This document shows, piece after piece, positions 1-12,300 of a stretch of DNA of 64,000 bases. The notes beneath the pieces are model-generated. The model was not told the origin of the DNA. It ran no database searches and worked only from the letters and a program-made list of their open reading frames with translations. Source of the DNA: the human T2T-CHM13v2.0 reference genome, Homo sapiens; assembly GCF_009914755.1 (NCBI RefSeq), contig NC_060929.1; one strand, given 5' to 3'. The stretch's first letter is position 1. Every line of letters begins with the position of its first letter. The position numbers and the translations under genes are program-made.

Positions 1-939
1 ATACAGCAAAAGGGGACACACAACAACCCCTCCCACTAGCAAATGCAGCCCAATCATTGCCCCTAAAACAGAACCTTGCACTTGCTTCTCCTTTCCTGAA
101 ATGCGCCTCCTGCCCCAAGGCACACAGCTTCTCCCTCACTTCTTTCTGTTCTCTGTTCAAATCTCACCACACCTACCTCTTCTGAGGGGCTTTCCTTGTT
201 CATGCTATCTAAATTAGAGGTTCCTCTGCCCCTGTGATTCTTAATGTTACTGCAAAGCAGCTACCACTTAAAGAATTTGTAGTCTATCTCCCCTGAATAA
301 ACTGGAAGCTCAAAACGGGGGAGTTCAGGTCTGTTTTGTCTGCTGGTTTGGCCCCAGAATTTAGAAAAGAGGCCGGCACACAGTAGATTCTCAGTAAAAT
401 AGTGTTGAGTGAATGGTTGCTTAGGAGAAGGAAACAGGGAGGGTACTTGGAAAAAAGGAGCAAGAAGGCCACCATTGGTGAGAATAAGTGTTTTATAAAA
501 CACAGGTTATGGTTTTCCTTCTTTAAGAAAAGTAGTTTTGTTTTCAAGTGCCAAGAATAACATTAGGCTACTAAGGATTTCTGGACTGCTTTGGGGTTTG
601 TTTTAATGAATAGATGGAAATTACATCTATTTAGCATTAATTTTTATGTGTAAGTGGGTACACCCGAATTGAATAAAAGCAGTTCTCTTGAATAATTAAA
701 ACATCCTCTTCACCCTGCAAAGCATTTAGCACACTCCTCTCCCAAAAATTCTATTAATGGCAACTAAAATCATAAGGTTTAAATGCAAAATAAAGAAGGC
801 ATTTTTCTTTATGGTGGCACAGAAGTGAATACCTCAAAACCGGGCAGACCCGAGAGTCAGATACCAAGGGTTCTGTGGAGTCAACATGATGGTCTCTGAT
901 AACATCAAAAGTTAGGAATGTTTTACTAAAAAGAATATA

Positions 940-1735
940 GGAAGAATAAAGAATTCTTGTTTACAGTAGAATTCAAACTAATAAACATAGAAAGAAGGAT
1001 AGAAATAGAAAATCACCATTAGGCGAAATTACTGTTGCTTGCAAGCAAGTATCATCTACGTATGACAAAATCTGTTGGTAGAAGTATGATGAGAAAAAGG
1101 GTACTAACATAGTCTTAAAGGGTCTCTCCACAAGATATATTAATTCCAAAAGAAAAAAAGAGTACTACAGGGGAGAACACTGGTGGACAGACACAACCTA
1201 AACAAAGTGATCAAAGTTAATTTCACCAGTACTGAGAGACATTGATTTCATGCCCCTCCTGACGAGATTCACTGAGAAGGGCACAGTATTACTGCTGTAG
1301 GATGCTTGACAAAAATGTAGAACCCAAATTTAATCATGAAGAAACATGAGACAAATGTCACTTGAGGGACATTTTACAAAATAACTGCTCCTAGCTCTTC
1401 AAATGTGTCAAGGTAATGCGTGGTTAAGGAAGACCAAGGAACCTTCCCAGACTTGAGGTGATTATAGGGCATGAAACTAAATTCAGTGTTGTGTCTTAGA
1501 TTGTATCCTGGACGAGGAAAAGCACATTGGTGGAAAAATTAGCAAAATTTGAATAAGGTCTATCTATTAGGTAGTAGTATTGATCAATGTTAATTTTACT
1601 GTTTTGGATAACTATACCAAGTTTATGTTAACATTAGAGAAACCCGGTGATAGTAATATGGGACTTCTGTGAACTATTTTGGCCATATTTTTCTAATTCT
1701 GAAATTAATTCAGAATGAAAAGTTGAAAAGAAAGT
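940..1735 (+). mobile_element. Old LINE-1 3' fragment (L1MC/L1ME-type)
   Basis: A-rich sequence with typical L1M 3' motifs (TGTCTTAGATTGTATCCTGG, GTATTGATCAATGTTAATTT). Confidence 0.6.
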
Positions 1736-2543
1736 ATCTTTAGTTGGCAATCTTCTGGGAATTTGAACAGGAACTGCCAAAATGGGAGTCAGGAGACCCA
1801 GGCTCAAGTTTGAGCCCTGGCATTAATCCTGGTGTTTGGGCACGGCACCAAACTCTGTCCTTCTGTTTTGTCATCTATAAAACTGTGTTCTGCAGAATTT
1901 AGGAGTGTTGAGAAGAGGCCTTAGGGCTCTCAGTGGTGAATAGGGGACAGGGAATGAGTGGGTGTGAGGCTCCAGCCAGAGCAGCTCTGCTTTTGCCTAC
2001 TTTATATATAGGACTTCATAAAAAACTAACTTTTAATTATGCAAAAAATATATATTTTCCTTGTAAGAAATTAGAACGTTGCAGATGCAACTAAAGCCCC
2101 TTTGGCCACCATACTCCCCAATTCCTGTGTATCTTGGAATTGCATTTAAGATTTCCATTTGAACAAAGGGACCCTGGCTCAAACAAGTTGGGGGACCATT
2201 GGGCTGGTTAACCCTTAAACACCCCAAACACTCAATAAAGAGGAGTTTCAGGGAAATGGACAAGCCATGGCTGGAGGATGTTCTACAAGGTTGAGCAGAA
2301 ACCCATGCAATAATTTGCTGAAATAGGGCATTGCTCTGAGTGCTGTGATTCCAGGGAGATGTCACTGCTGTGTGCTGGCTGTATGCCCAGCAAAGGGCTG
2401 GTGGCTGGAAGGACATAGCTTTCTGAGTTAGGACTGGAAGGCTTCTGTACATGTCCAAAGTCAACCTTCATATTCATGAGGAGGGAAAAAGAAGTGGGCT
2501 TTAGGATTGCCTCTCCTTGTTGGCCTGCTCTGAGAAAAACAAT

Positions 2544-2654
2544 CGCGGGAGGGTGAGGCGGGAGAATCGCTTGAGCCCAGGAGTTTGAGGCTGCAGGTTA
2601 GAAGCTGCCGTGAGCTTTGATTGTGCCACTGCACTCCAGCCTGGGCGATGGAGC
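2544..2654 (+). mobile_element. Truncated old Alu right arm (FRAM/AluJ-like)
   Basis: GAGGCGGGAGAATCGCTTGAGCCCAGGAG...CCACTGCACTCCAGCCTGGGCGA, with a short internal insertion and no poly(A) tail. Confidence 0.85.
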
Positions 2655-3099
2655 ACTGGGTCCTGTGAGCCTTGACTCATTTAACCCCCACAGCACCCAG
2701 TAGATGGTGGCACTATTAGCATACTTGTTTTAGAGGTGAGGACACACACACAAAGAGATAAGGAATTGCCTAAGAGCAAAAAGCTGGTAAGTGGTGAGCC
2801 CAGGTGTGAGCCTTGCTTCAGGATCAAGTGCGCACCCCTGTGCTCTGGACTCCTTCCAGGTGTTGTTTCTCTTGCTGGCATTTTAACTTCATTACACCTA
2901 TCTGTATGTTGGTCGTGGGAAGGAGGAAGCTCACCGAACACTGTGGCTTACCCAAGATTTGTCCCTCGACTTTCCCTCTTCACCAAACCCCAGAGCCACT
3001 GGCGGAATGTTCAGTTCCTTGGAATCCCACATGCCCGGGTTAGCTCCTTTTGCAAGCAGCCTGATGGATAGAAGTGAAGGGATGGTGCTCCTTATGAAA

Positions 3100-3460
3100 G
3101 GAGACGGGGGAGCTTAGTGAGCAGCGGCAGGGCCCTGCAGCCCGTCACACGCTAGCATCCACCGGGTTGAGTGGCTGCGCACGACCGCGGCGGGCGGGCG
3201 GGCGCGCTGCCGGAACGCTCTAGGCCTCCTGCGGAACCCAGGCCTGCGTGAAGGTAAATGCAAATCAGCTCCGCCCAGCGCTTCCCGCAGAAGGAGGGTT
3301 TTCTGTGTGCGCGTCTGGTTTCCTCCGCCTTCAGCCAGAATGCTGGCTTTATTTTTGCGGTTTATGAGCTTGAGACAGGGAATTCATTTCCTTGGTATAA
3401 TATGACCCTCTGGAGAAAGTCTTGTCCAGATATATTTTGCTCCCAAACGCCGCCCTAGAA
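3100..3460. promoter_or_regulatory. Small CpG island / GC-box promoter-like element downstream of IL12B
   Basis: Dense CpGs, tandem GGGCGG boxes (about 3192-3203), CCGGAA Ets core (3210-3215), ATGCAAAT (3258-3265) and a plus-strand donor AAG|GTAAAT at 3254. Confidence 0.7.
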
Positions 3461-4008
3461 GAAGGACTACACTGAAATGAAACGGAGATGATTAAAGTCT
3501 GATTTATAGGTAAGGTGAATTGGTAGGATTATGCCAAATTCATTACATCCAGAGAAGGTGAAAGGGAATGAAAGGGCTCCTCCCGGGAGATGGAAACCTT
3601 TGTAAAAATAAATATTTATGGTGCACATACCTTTAACTCAGCTAGTAGCCAGGTTATATTTTATTATATTCACCACCATTTCCCTTTTCTGTTTCTCACC
3701 AGGCTGTACAAGCCCTGAAAGCAAGAACGGGGTTCACGGCATCTTGATACCCCCATGTGGGGACGTTTTGGCGATTTTATTTACAAGAAAGGGATTTTAC
3801 ACCGGAGAGGCTTTTAAATATGCTAACAGACTGGACCAGCTTTCTCATCCCCACTGGCTGATTAATGATTCCTCCATGCCAACCCGGTTCTCAGAGACAC
3901 CAAGGCCAGGTAAAAACCACCCCTTCATCCCCTAAACCTTGCAAGAAGCACAGGGTCCAGAATTATGCTTCTTTCAGGTTCTAAATAGCACAATAAAATT
4001 AATAACAA

Positions 4009-4081
4009 TAAGCTTTTAGTTATTAGATCAGGTACATTTTACTTTACAGTAAGCTTTTACTTATTGGATCAGGTACATTTT
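4009..4081. repeat. Tandem duplication, 41-bp period
   Basis: TAAGCTTTTAGTTATTAGATCAGGTACATTTT (4009) recurs as TAAGCTTTTACTTATTGGATCAGGTACATTTT (4050). Confidence 0.88.
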
Positions 4082-4989
4082 AAAGCAATTTTTGAACATT
4101 ATTTCATTTGATCCTCACAACCACACTATGAGGTAGGTACTATCATTCCATTTGAAGGATGAGAAAACTGAGGCTCGAAGATGTTAAATAACTTGTTCAA
4201 GATCACAGCTAGTCAGTGGACATAGCTGCCATTCACTGAGTGCTTCCTGTGAGCCAGGCACGGTGACCATCACATTAAACCAATTATTTATTTCATGCAA
4301 TAGTGCCCTTGATCCTTAGGAAGTGGCCTCCAGTGCTTAGAATTCCAAGCATTTGGTCCTCTGGAGATGAGAAACCATGGGAAGGCAGGGGCTCACTCAC
4401 CCCTGTATCCAAAAAGTTGAGGATGGTGCCAAGGACAGAGACGGTACCAGGGACTCCAAAAATACTGAATGAAAGGACAGTAGAGGTGCTTTCCTGTGGG
4501 ATCCCCAATCTCTCCCCGCCTTCAGGTGAGTCCTGCTGATGCTCAGGCTGCCCTTGGAACAGGGACCTTGGCCACAGTTTCCTTATCTGTAATAATGGGA
4601 TGAGAATTCCTCCTGCACAGGGTTGTTAGGGACCTCGTGAGGCAGCTTCTATGGCTGCCTTTGGTGCTTAGTTTTCTCACTTTCTTCTTGAACATGGGAG
4701 TGGGGAGACGGACTCCTAAGGGTATGACACTTGAAGATTTCAGGAGGGGGCCTGCAGGTTTATGTCCTCACTTGTTTTACACCTCACAGAGGTCAGCGAA
4801 GCAGGGTATCACCAAAGCCCCACCTGATGTCTCTGGAAATCGAGTACTCCGTGTCTTCACCAGGCCCATGCCAGCTGTGAGGGGCAGAACCAGGTTTTCT
4901 GACACCAAACCCCAGGTTTCTTCCTGTGCTGGCATGGGTCCTTTTTCTGACTTGGCCAGCAGCCTCTCATAGATGGGGGTCTGATTAAA

Positions 4990-5120
4990 TAGTTCTGGTG
5001 ATGGGTGGAGTGATGGTTGCACAACAATATGAATGTATTTAATGCCACTGAACTGTACACCTGAAAATGGTTAAAATGTTACATTTTATGTTATGAATAT
5101 TTCACCACAATAAAAAAAAG
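4990..5120 (+). mobile_element. L1MB-type 3' end fragment
   Basis: GATGGTTGCACAACAATATGAATGTATTTAATGCCACTGAACTGTACAC...CACAATAAAAAAAA. Confidence 0.8.
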
Positions 5121-5201
5121 AAACAAATATGGATCTGTCTCTCTCACATGTCAAGAAATCTGGGGTAGGTAGATACAGTGGTTGGTTCAGCTGCTCCATG
5201 A

Positions 5202-5556
<355 letters not shown>

Positions 5557-7294
5557 TGAAGTCTCTAGCTTGAGTTTTTGCATGATGGCTTTCATACTGG
5601 GCACAAGGTGTCCTCTGAAGCTTCTCGAGATTTTTTTCTGCTCAAGAGAGGAGGATGGAAGGAAAGGGTGATGCTAGACATGGCTCTGTCTTTCATCAGA
5701 AAAGCCAAAGCTTCTCAGCAACCCTCCCAGCAGAATTTTCTTATATCTCATTGGCCAGAACTCAGTGTTTTGGCTTTGCTGGGCAACAAAGGTGGCTGAA
5801 AAAGTGGTCGCTAAACTTACCAACATTTAGAGCTGAAGAGGGCATCGGGGAGAAAACAGTTGGGAATGAGTATTGATTGGAAAACCAGCAGGCTGTTTCC
5901 AACACCCTGCTCAAGGTCACAAGTCTGTTATGTAACCATAGTTGGGACTGGAGTCTGCTCCTCTGATTCCCAGTCCTAAGATCTTTGGCTTAGACATTTA
6001 GTACATTTTGTAGTGGCTAGATTTACAATAAAAAGGACAGTCCTGGAGACTATCTTTAAAGAAGAAAAACTCTGCATTGCATGCACTGAAATTAATCGAA
6101 TGCTAAGAGGTCATGTCGCAAAAGCACTGGGCATGGTGGGAGCCAGAACATCTCACCTCTGCCCCAGGCTGGCCAGAAATTTGGGGAAAGGTCCCAGTTC
6201 TCAGTGCTTATGAAATGTGATTAGTTATTTATTTTTTAAAAATCTGGTTAGTGTTGTTCATTAAATGTCCGTTAAGTACTTTGGTAACTGCAGATGAAAG
6301 ACCCTGTAGGGGGACAAACACTTGTTATTAACAACCATATGCTGTCAAGTGTGGGCTTATAACACGGGACCATATGCTCCAAAGGTTGGCAAAGAATGAC
6401 AGAAGCCACCCACCATTCCTCCAGGCCAGGAGCAGAGTGGCATAGGGCTCCAGGGGACACTGAAAATCAGGAATGTAAACAAACACCCCTATTATAATTA
6501 CCCTGCCATTGCAAGGAAGCCTGAATGTGCACACTTGGATTTTTGGGATAGCAGGAAATTGGACTGCATTCCCTCTGATCCCACCATCTCCTCCTTCCAT
6601 GGGAAGCACCAAGGGGAATTTGCAGGCCCTGCCCATTCTTTAGCCCAAAGTTGGCACCCTCTCTTCTCTGATGAGTCTTCCTGGATGGTGCTGGGTTACA
6701 CAGATCCTTCTTTTTCATTCTCACCCCAGGCTACCATATATCCTGAACATTTTAGCGTGTAATGATAGTGAAGTTAACTTTTCATCCTGCCTTATAAGCA
6801 GTGTTAGGAGTGGGCACTGTTTGGGAGACACAATGCAAGGCTTTTTGAAACTTCCCAACCCTGAGGGCTAGCACATGTCCATATATACGGCAAACTCTCA
6901 ATAAATACTAGAGCTGGACCTAAGAGCTGAGATGTCCATGGCTGTACCAGGTTAGAGTTTTATTTCATGATTCTTGGGATACCAGTAGAGTCGATTCCAG
7001 GATAGAGGGTGGAATAAGTGAGAGCTTCCACCCCTAAAAAAGGCACAATGCAGTTCAGTGCCCTTGCAAAGGATCCTTCCTTGTCAGATTACAGGGACAT
7101 CCCCTGAGCTCAGGAAGACACTGACTTTGGAAATACTATAAGGGGAAAGAGCAACTCTGCAAAATTTGGAATGGGATCACTTCAAGAAAGGGCAATGCTT
7201 AAATGATAGGGGAAAAAATGCACCCCTGGTAGACTTGCAAGCAGAGTACTCAAATCAGCTGAGAATGCCCAAAATATGATTACAAAGAAGAGTT

Positions 7295-7300
7295 TTTATT
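7295..7300 (-). terminator. IL12B polyadenylation signal AATAAA
   Basis: Plus-strand TTTATT about 20 nt before the expected 3' end. Confidence 0.88.
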
Positions 7301-7320
7301 AGTTCAGCCTCAGAATGCAA

Positions 7321-7340
7321 AAATAAATAAATAAATAAAC
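7321..7340 (-). promoter_or_regulatory. AU-rich element, overlapping AUUUA repeats
   Basis: mRNA reads GUUUAUUUAUUUAUUUAUUU just upstream of the poly(A) signal. Confidence 0.75.
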
Positions 7341-7694
7341 AAACAGGAAACAAATGTAATCACTTTACAGAGCGCACATACATTACTTAAAAGTAGCACC
7401 TTCATGGAGCCATATTTTCTGGTCATAATTGTGTATCAGGTTCATTCATGCTAATGAGAAAGGGATTCCAGATTTTCTTTGCATCTGTCTGCTTCTCACA
7501 TGGCTGTTAAGAAGCCACCTGCCATTCTGACAATTTCATGTCCTTAGCCATAACTACTTGTCCTCTCTCTTGAATCTTAAGATCTTTTTGCCTTCCAGAC
7601 ACTTACGGTGTTTCTGTGTCATCCTCCTGTGTCTTTTAGAGAGGTGGGGGTGAGGACTGCCATGGAAGCTAAAGCTGAATTTTAATTTCAATCA

Positions 7695-7906
7695 TTTTTT
7701 TTTTTGAGACAGGGTCTCATTCTGTCACCTAGGCTGGTATGCAGTGGCACAATCACGGCTCACCATAGCCTTGACCTCCTGGGCTCAAGAGATCCTCCTG
7801 CCTCATCCTCCTGAACAGCTGGGACCACAAGCATGAGCCACCACGCCTGGCTAATTTTAAATTTTTTTTGTAGAGACGGGGTCTTGTTATGTTTCCCAGG
7901 CTGGTC
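7695..7906 (-). mobile_element. 5'-truncated AluJ in the IL12B 3' UTR (sense to the mRNA)
   Basis: AluJ-like sequence flanked by TSD TCAATCATTTTTTT (about 7688 and 7905). Confidence 0.92.
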
Positions 7907-8319
7907 AATCATTTTTTTCTAGCCCTTTTAAAATTCAGGCATCCAAAGATTAAACTTGCTTAGAAGTGTAAGTGGCCCTAAATTGCTTTATCAACACCAT
8001 CTCCAGGAAGTCTTCACAGACATGGGAACTAGCATCTTGTTCTCCTGGATCTTCTCAACAGGTTTGCATTGTCAGGTTTCCATGTAAGTATCTCTTGCGT
8101 TCCCATCCATCACAAGTGTATGATGGCACTGGTATCAGAACACTGCATTCTTCCTGATTGTCATAAAACTGATGTACTTGCAGCCTTGCTTGAAAAGTTG
8201 TCAGTACAAATAAAATTAAATTCACATTTTGCATAATAGGGACTGATCCTGATGGATCAGGTCATAAGAGTATGAAACATTCCATACATCCTGGCAGACA
8301 AACGTTAAATAACAGTAAT

Positions 8320-8358
8320 ATACTAATAAATACATAAATTACTTAAATATTTAAATAG
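8320..8358 (-). promoter_or_regulatory. AU-rich element cluster (four AUUUA pentamers)
   Basis: mRNA reads CUAUUUAAAUAUUUAAGUAAUUUAUGUAUUUAUUAG. Confidence 0.7.
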
Positions 8359-9180
8359 CATGAAGGCCCATGGCAACTTGAGAGCTGGAAAATCTATACA
8401 TAAATTAGCTGATTGTTTCAATGAGCATTTAGCATCGAACTATACAAATACAGCAAAGATATCATTGTGATCCTAAAAAAACGTTTTAAAGCAAATCAGA
8501 TAGAAATTATCTTTTTGGGTCTATTCCGTTGTGTCTTTAAACATTTTGCTTAATATCTTCCACTTTTCCTCCAAATTTTCATCCTGGATCAGAACCTGGA
8601 AGAGAATGCCAAAAGTTGATGTGGGGTGACATTGTAACAGCAATGTCTCTTCTTATTTCTCACAACATATGATCCTGGGCAACTGGGTTTCAGGGATTTC
8701 ATGCCAGAAGGCCCAGGCCCTTCCTTATGTGGCCTGGAATTTGGCTGGCACCATGCTTGCCAGAGGCTTTCTTGAGGGTTTTCTTAAAATAATATCTGAT
8801 TGTGTTACTTCCTTGCTGAAAACCCTTCAGTGGGTTTCAGGGCCCGGGGCCCCCAGAACAAGATTCTGAGTCCTGCAAGCTTGCAAGTCCTCCATGCTCT
8901 GCCTCCTGGCTACCTCTCTCTTTTCTTTGCCTTTCTCTTTAGGAGGCCAGAACCCCGGTCTGTTTTCTTTCCTGCAATATCCCTGTGGCCAGCACAGTGT
9001 CCTACATAACAAAGGCACCAAATAAATATCTGTTAGTGAATAAATGTATGTTTCTGATTCTGGCAACTGGGTGCTGGCCACTCCATCCCCCTTTCCTCTC
9101 CAACACAGCCCCCAATCATATCCCTGCATCCAGGTGCACTGAGAGTGCAGGCCTGGGCTGGCCTTTGAGGGCCTGCTCAC

Positions 9181-9312
9181 CTAACTGCAGGGCACAGATG
9201 CCCATTCGCTCCAAGATGAGCTATAGTAGCGGTCCTGGGCCCGCACGCTAATGCTGGCATTTTTGCGGCAGATGACCGTGGCTGAGGTCTTGTCCGTGAA
9301 GACTCTATCTTT
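9181..9312 (-). CDS. IL12B: IL12B exon 7 (WSXWS-like motif, stop codon)
   Basis: GCAG|AAAGAT ... AGTTAG|GTGAGC; encodes [43 protein letters not shown]. Confidence 0.99.
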   Translation of the reverse strand, partial: KDRVFTDKTSATVICRKNASISVRAQDRYYSSSWSEWASVPCS

Positions 9313-12300
9313 CTGCAAAAGAGAAGGAAAGCTGTGAAGACCCCTTGGCAACATAGTCACAGGGTAAGCTGAGCCTGTTTCTGCAATGCATACTCTCCCA
9401 AAACAAGCCCATCTTGGTCTTAGGGCACTGTGCTTGCAATTCACAGGGGTGTGCATAGAACTTGCACCACCTACTGGCAGACACTCCACATGTAGGTGCA
9501 GCTTTTGTACTTTGTAAGCCCTTGAGGGAGAAATCGTTTGGCCCAGCTTTCATCTTTCTAGCACAATTGCCTTGCCTCAAGACCCCATGGCCACTCACCC
9601 AGTCCTGAGCTGATGGTGAGAGAGAGACAGATTTGCTCTAGCCATCCCTGAGATATTGAGAAATACCATATCCTGATCATTTCATCAGAAAACTTGCCTT
9701 CAAATTCTGGCACTGCTACTTAATAGCTGTGTAACTTCAGGAAAATGTCTTAGGTTCTCTGTGTCTGTTTCCTCACTTATAAATAGGGATAACAATAATG
9801 CCTACTTCATAGAATTATAGTTCAAGGTAAAAATCACGTCAAACTCTTAGCAAGTCTTTAGCACATAGGAAGCACTCAATATCACCTATTAGTCATACAG
9901 ATCTTAAATAGGGAAAGTACTTGCCAAGATGTAAAATAATATTTAGGTAAATATCTATTCCAGGATAGCCTCCCTACCTAATTATTTTCCCAGAGAGTAA
10001 CTAGCTCACTGAATTTCTACCACATGCTAAATGCTATGCTGAATTAGGGCTTTGTCCAGTGATTTTAAAAGTGGGGTGAAAGGAGTCTGGGGCGGTACAA
10101 AAGGGCCTCTGGAACCTTGCAACAGGCAAAGGAATTCTGCTGTAAGGCGAGGAAGCTGGGAAGCCAATATCTTAGCCTCTATAAGTGTAGACATTCTGTT
10201 TAGTAAAATAATTTTATAATATCTGGAACAGCCAGGAGCTATCCATTTTGGGGGCGATATCTCTTGCCTGTTCTATCATTCATTACATGCACTCAGTTGA
10301 AACAACAATTTTAGGCTTCTGGAGCCCAGGTCTCCTCTATCAGGACTAATTCTGAGTGCCAAGATCAATGACCAACATCAGAGGTAGTGGAGTGGTTAGG
10401 TGCATGGCCTTTCTGTCTGGCAGATTGAGTTTATGTCTTGGTTATGTCATTTCCTAGCTGGGTGACCTTGGTAAAGTCACTTAACCTCTCTGAGTCTTCA
10501 ATCACTTGTGAAATGATGATAATACTACTGGCTACCAACCATCCTTTTCTTGGGGTTGGGCTACTGTCCAATGAGCACGTAGTGAGGGCAGTGCTGCTAA
10601 CACCTACACAAAATTCCTGCATCAGCTACAGCTTTACTTTACCTTGCCACAGTTTCTGGAAAAAAGGAAAGCCTCTTTTCCACAAAAAAGGGGGTAAAAA
10701 AACAAGAATAACATCAGCTACCTTTGTTGCGTTAATTTTGTAGATTAAGTGAAATAAACATGGAAAACCCTTGGCACAGCTCTAGACACATAGAAAAGTG
10801 CTAAGAAAAGTAATTATGCATCACATAATAACATTTCAGTCAAAGAAGGATCACATATATGACCAGTGGTCCTATATTGTTATAATATTGTATTTTTGCT
10901 ATATCTTTTCTGTTTAGATATACAAACCATTGTGTTGTAATTGCCTACAGTATTCAGTACAGGAACATGCTGTACAGGTTTGCAGCCTAGGAGCAATAGG
11001 CTATACCATAAAGCCTAGAAGCGTAGTAGGCTATACCATCTAGGTTTGTGTGGGTACACCATATATGTTTGCACAATGATATAGCTGCCTAAAGATGAAT
11101 TTCTCAGAATGTATCCCTGTTGTTAAGTGATACATGGATGTCATTGTTATTATCATCATTCATCTTCTCACTTTATGGTGGGCCTCCGTAAAACTGACCA
11201 AGGAATATACTGCACCTGAATCACTTCTTACCTTTTCTCTCTTGCTCTTGCCCTGGACCTGAACGCAGAATGTCAGGGAGAAGTAGGAATGTGGAGTACT
11301 CCAGGTGTCAGGGTACTCCCAGCTGACCTCCACCTGCCGAGAATTCTTTAATGGCTTCAGCTGCAAGTTCTTGGGTGGGTCAGGTTTGACTGTGGAAGAG
11401 GATAAACATGCTTTATTTTCCTAATAAGGCTTTGGAGTTCAGTGGTTTTGGCTTATGATCTCACTTGCACCTTTGATCAGCTGTGAGTCCACTGGATAGT
11501 TACTTAACTTCTGTGAGCACCTGGCTGGCAAATGTGAGGCACCTCTGCCGCAGGTGCTCACGCTGGTGCCTCGGGAAGGCAGTCATTATCAATGGCCACA
11601 TCTCAGATCCACATGTATTGCAGGATCTGAGAGATGCTCAGAATCCTCATCACTGAACAATCAGATGGGACCGCACAGTGAGAAGACCTCTGCTTTAATG
11701 GTTATGGGCCATGCATTGAAGGACCACCCTGTCTGTGCTAATCCCTCACTTTGCACTGAACATGGAACTAAGCTGAGCCTCTCCCTGGGGATGAAATGAT
11801 AGATTTTCTATTTACTGCCCTTTCTTTTGTCTTTTCATAGCTTTTGGTGCGGACATGTCTTGGAGCAGTTACAGTCAATTGTCTCTATGCTCAATTTGCT
11901 TGTTTATTCCATGAATACTGAGCGCCCATTATGTTCCAGCCACTGGACTGTGCATGAAGGATACAGCAGTGAGTTTCACAAAGACTCCTTCCTCAATTAG
12001 GTCTTCTAGATAAGAGGAGGCAGAGACATGCTAGGGTGTGTGGTTGGGCTCTGTAGGCCTGGCACTGCTCCACACAAAGATCACGGCTCCTAGCAGGTGC
12101 TTCGCACATATGCTTCCCTCTGCTCTTAACACAACTGACATCTTTCCTTTTGGTGTCAGCTAAATGTCACCTCCTCAGAGAGGCCTTCCTTGGCCACCCT
12201 ATGTGAACTAGACCCCACCCACCAAGTACAAACCCTCCATAAGTTTTGAAGCAAGTTCTCTGGTTCTATTACACTTTATCATGCTGCCTGGTCAATGAAT

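Larger units (their letters stand above)
7275..8595 (-). other. IL12B: IL12B exon 8 (3' UTR only)
   Basis: Acceptor TTCCAG|GTTCTGATCC at 8595. Contains AU-rich elements and an embedded Alu. AATAAA at 7300-7295; the cleavage site is approximate. Confidence 0.93.

Noticed and set aside
8838-8887. Short palindromes in intron 7 (GGGGCCCC, TGCAAGCTTGCA)
   Set aside because: Short and isolated; expected occasionally by chance in 64 kb.
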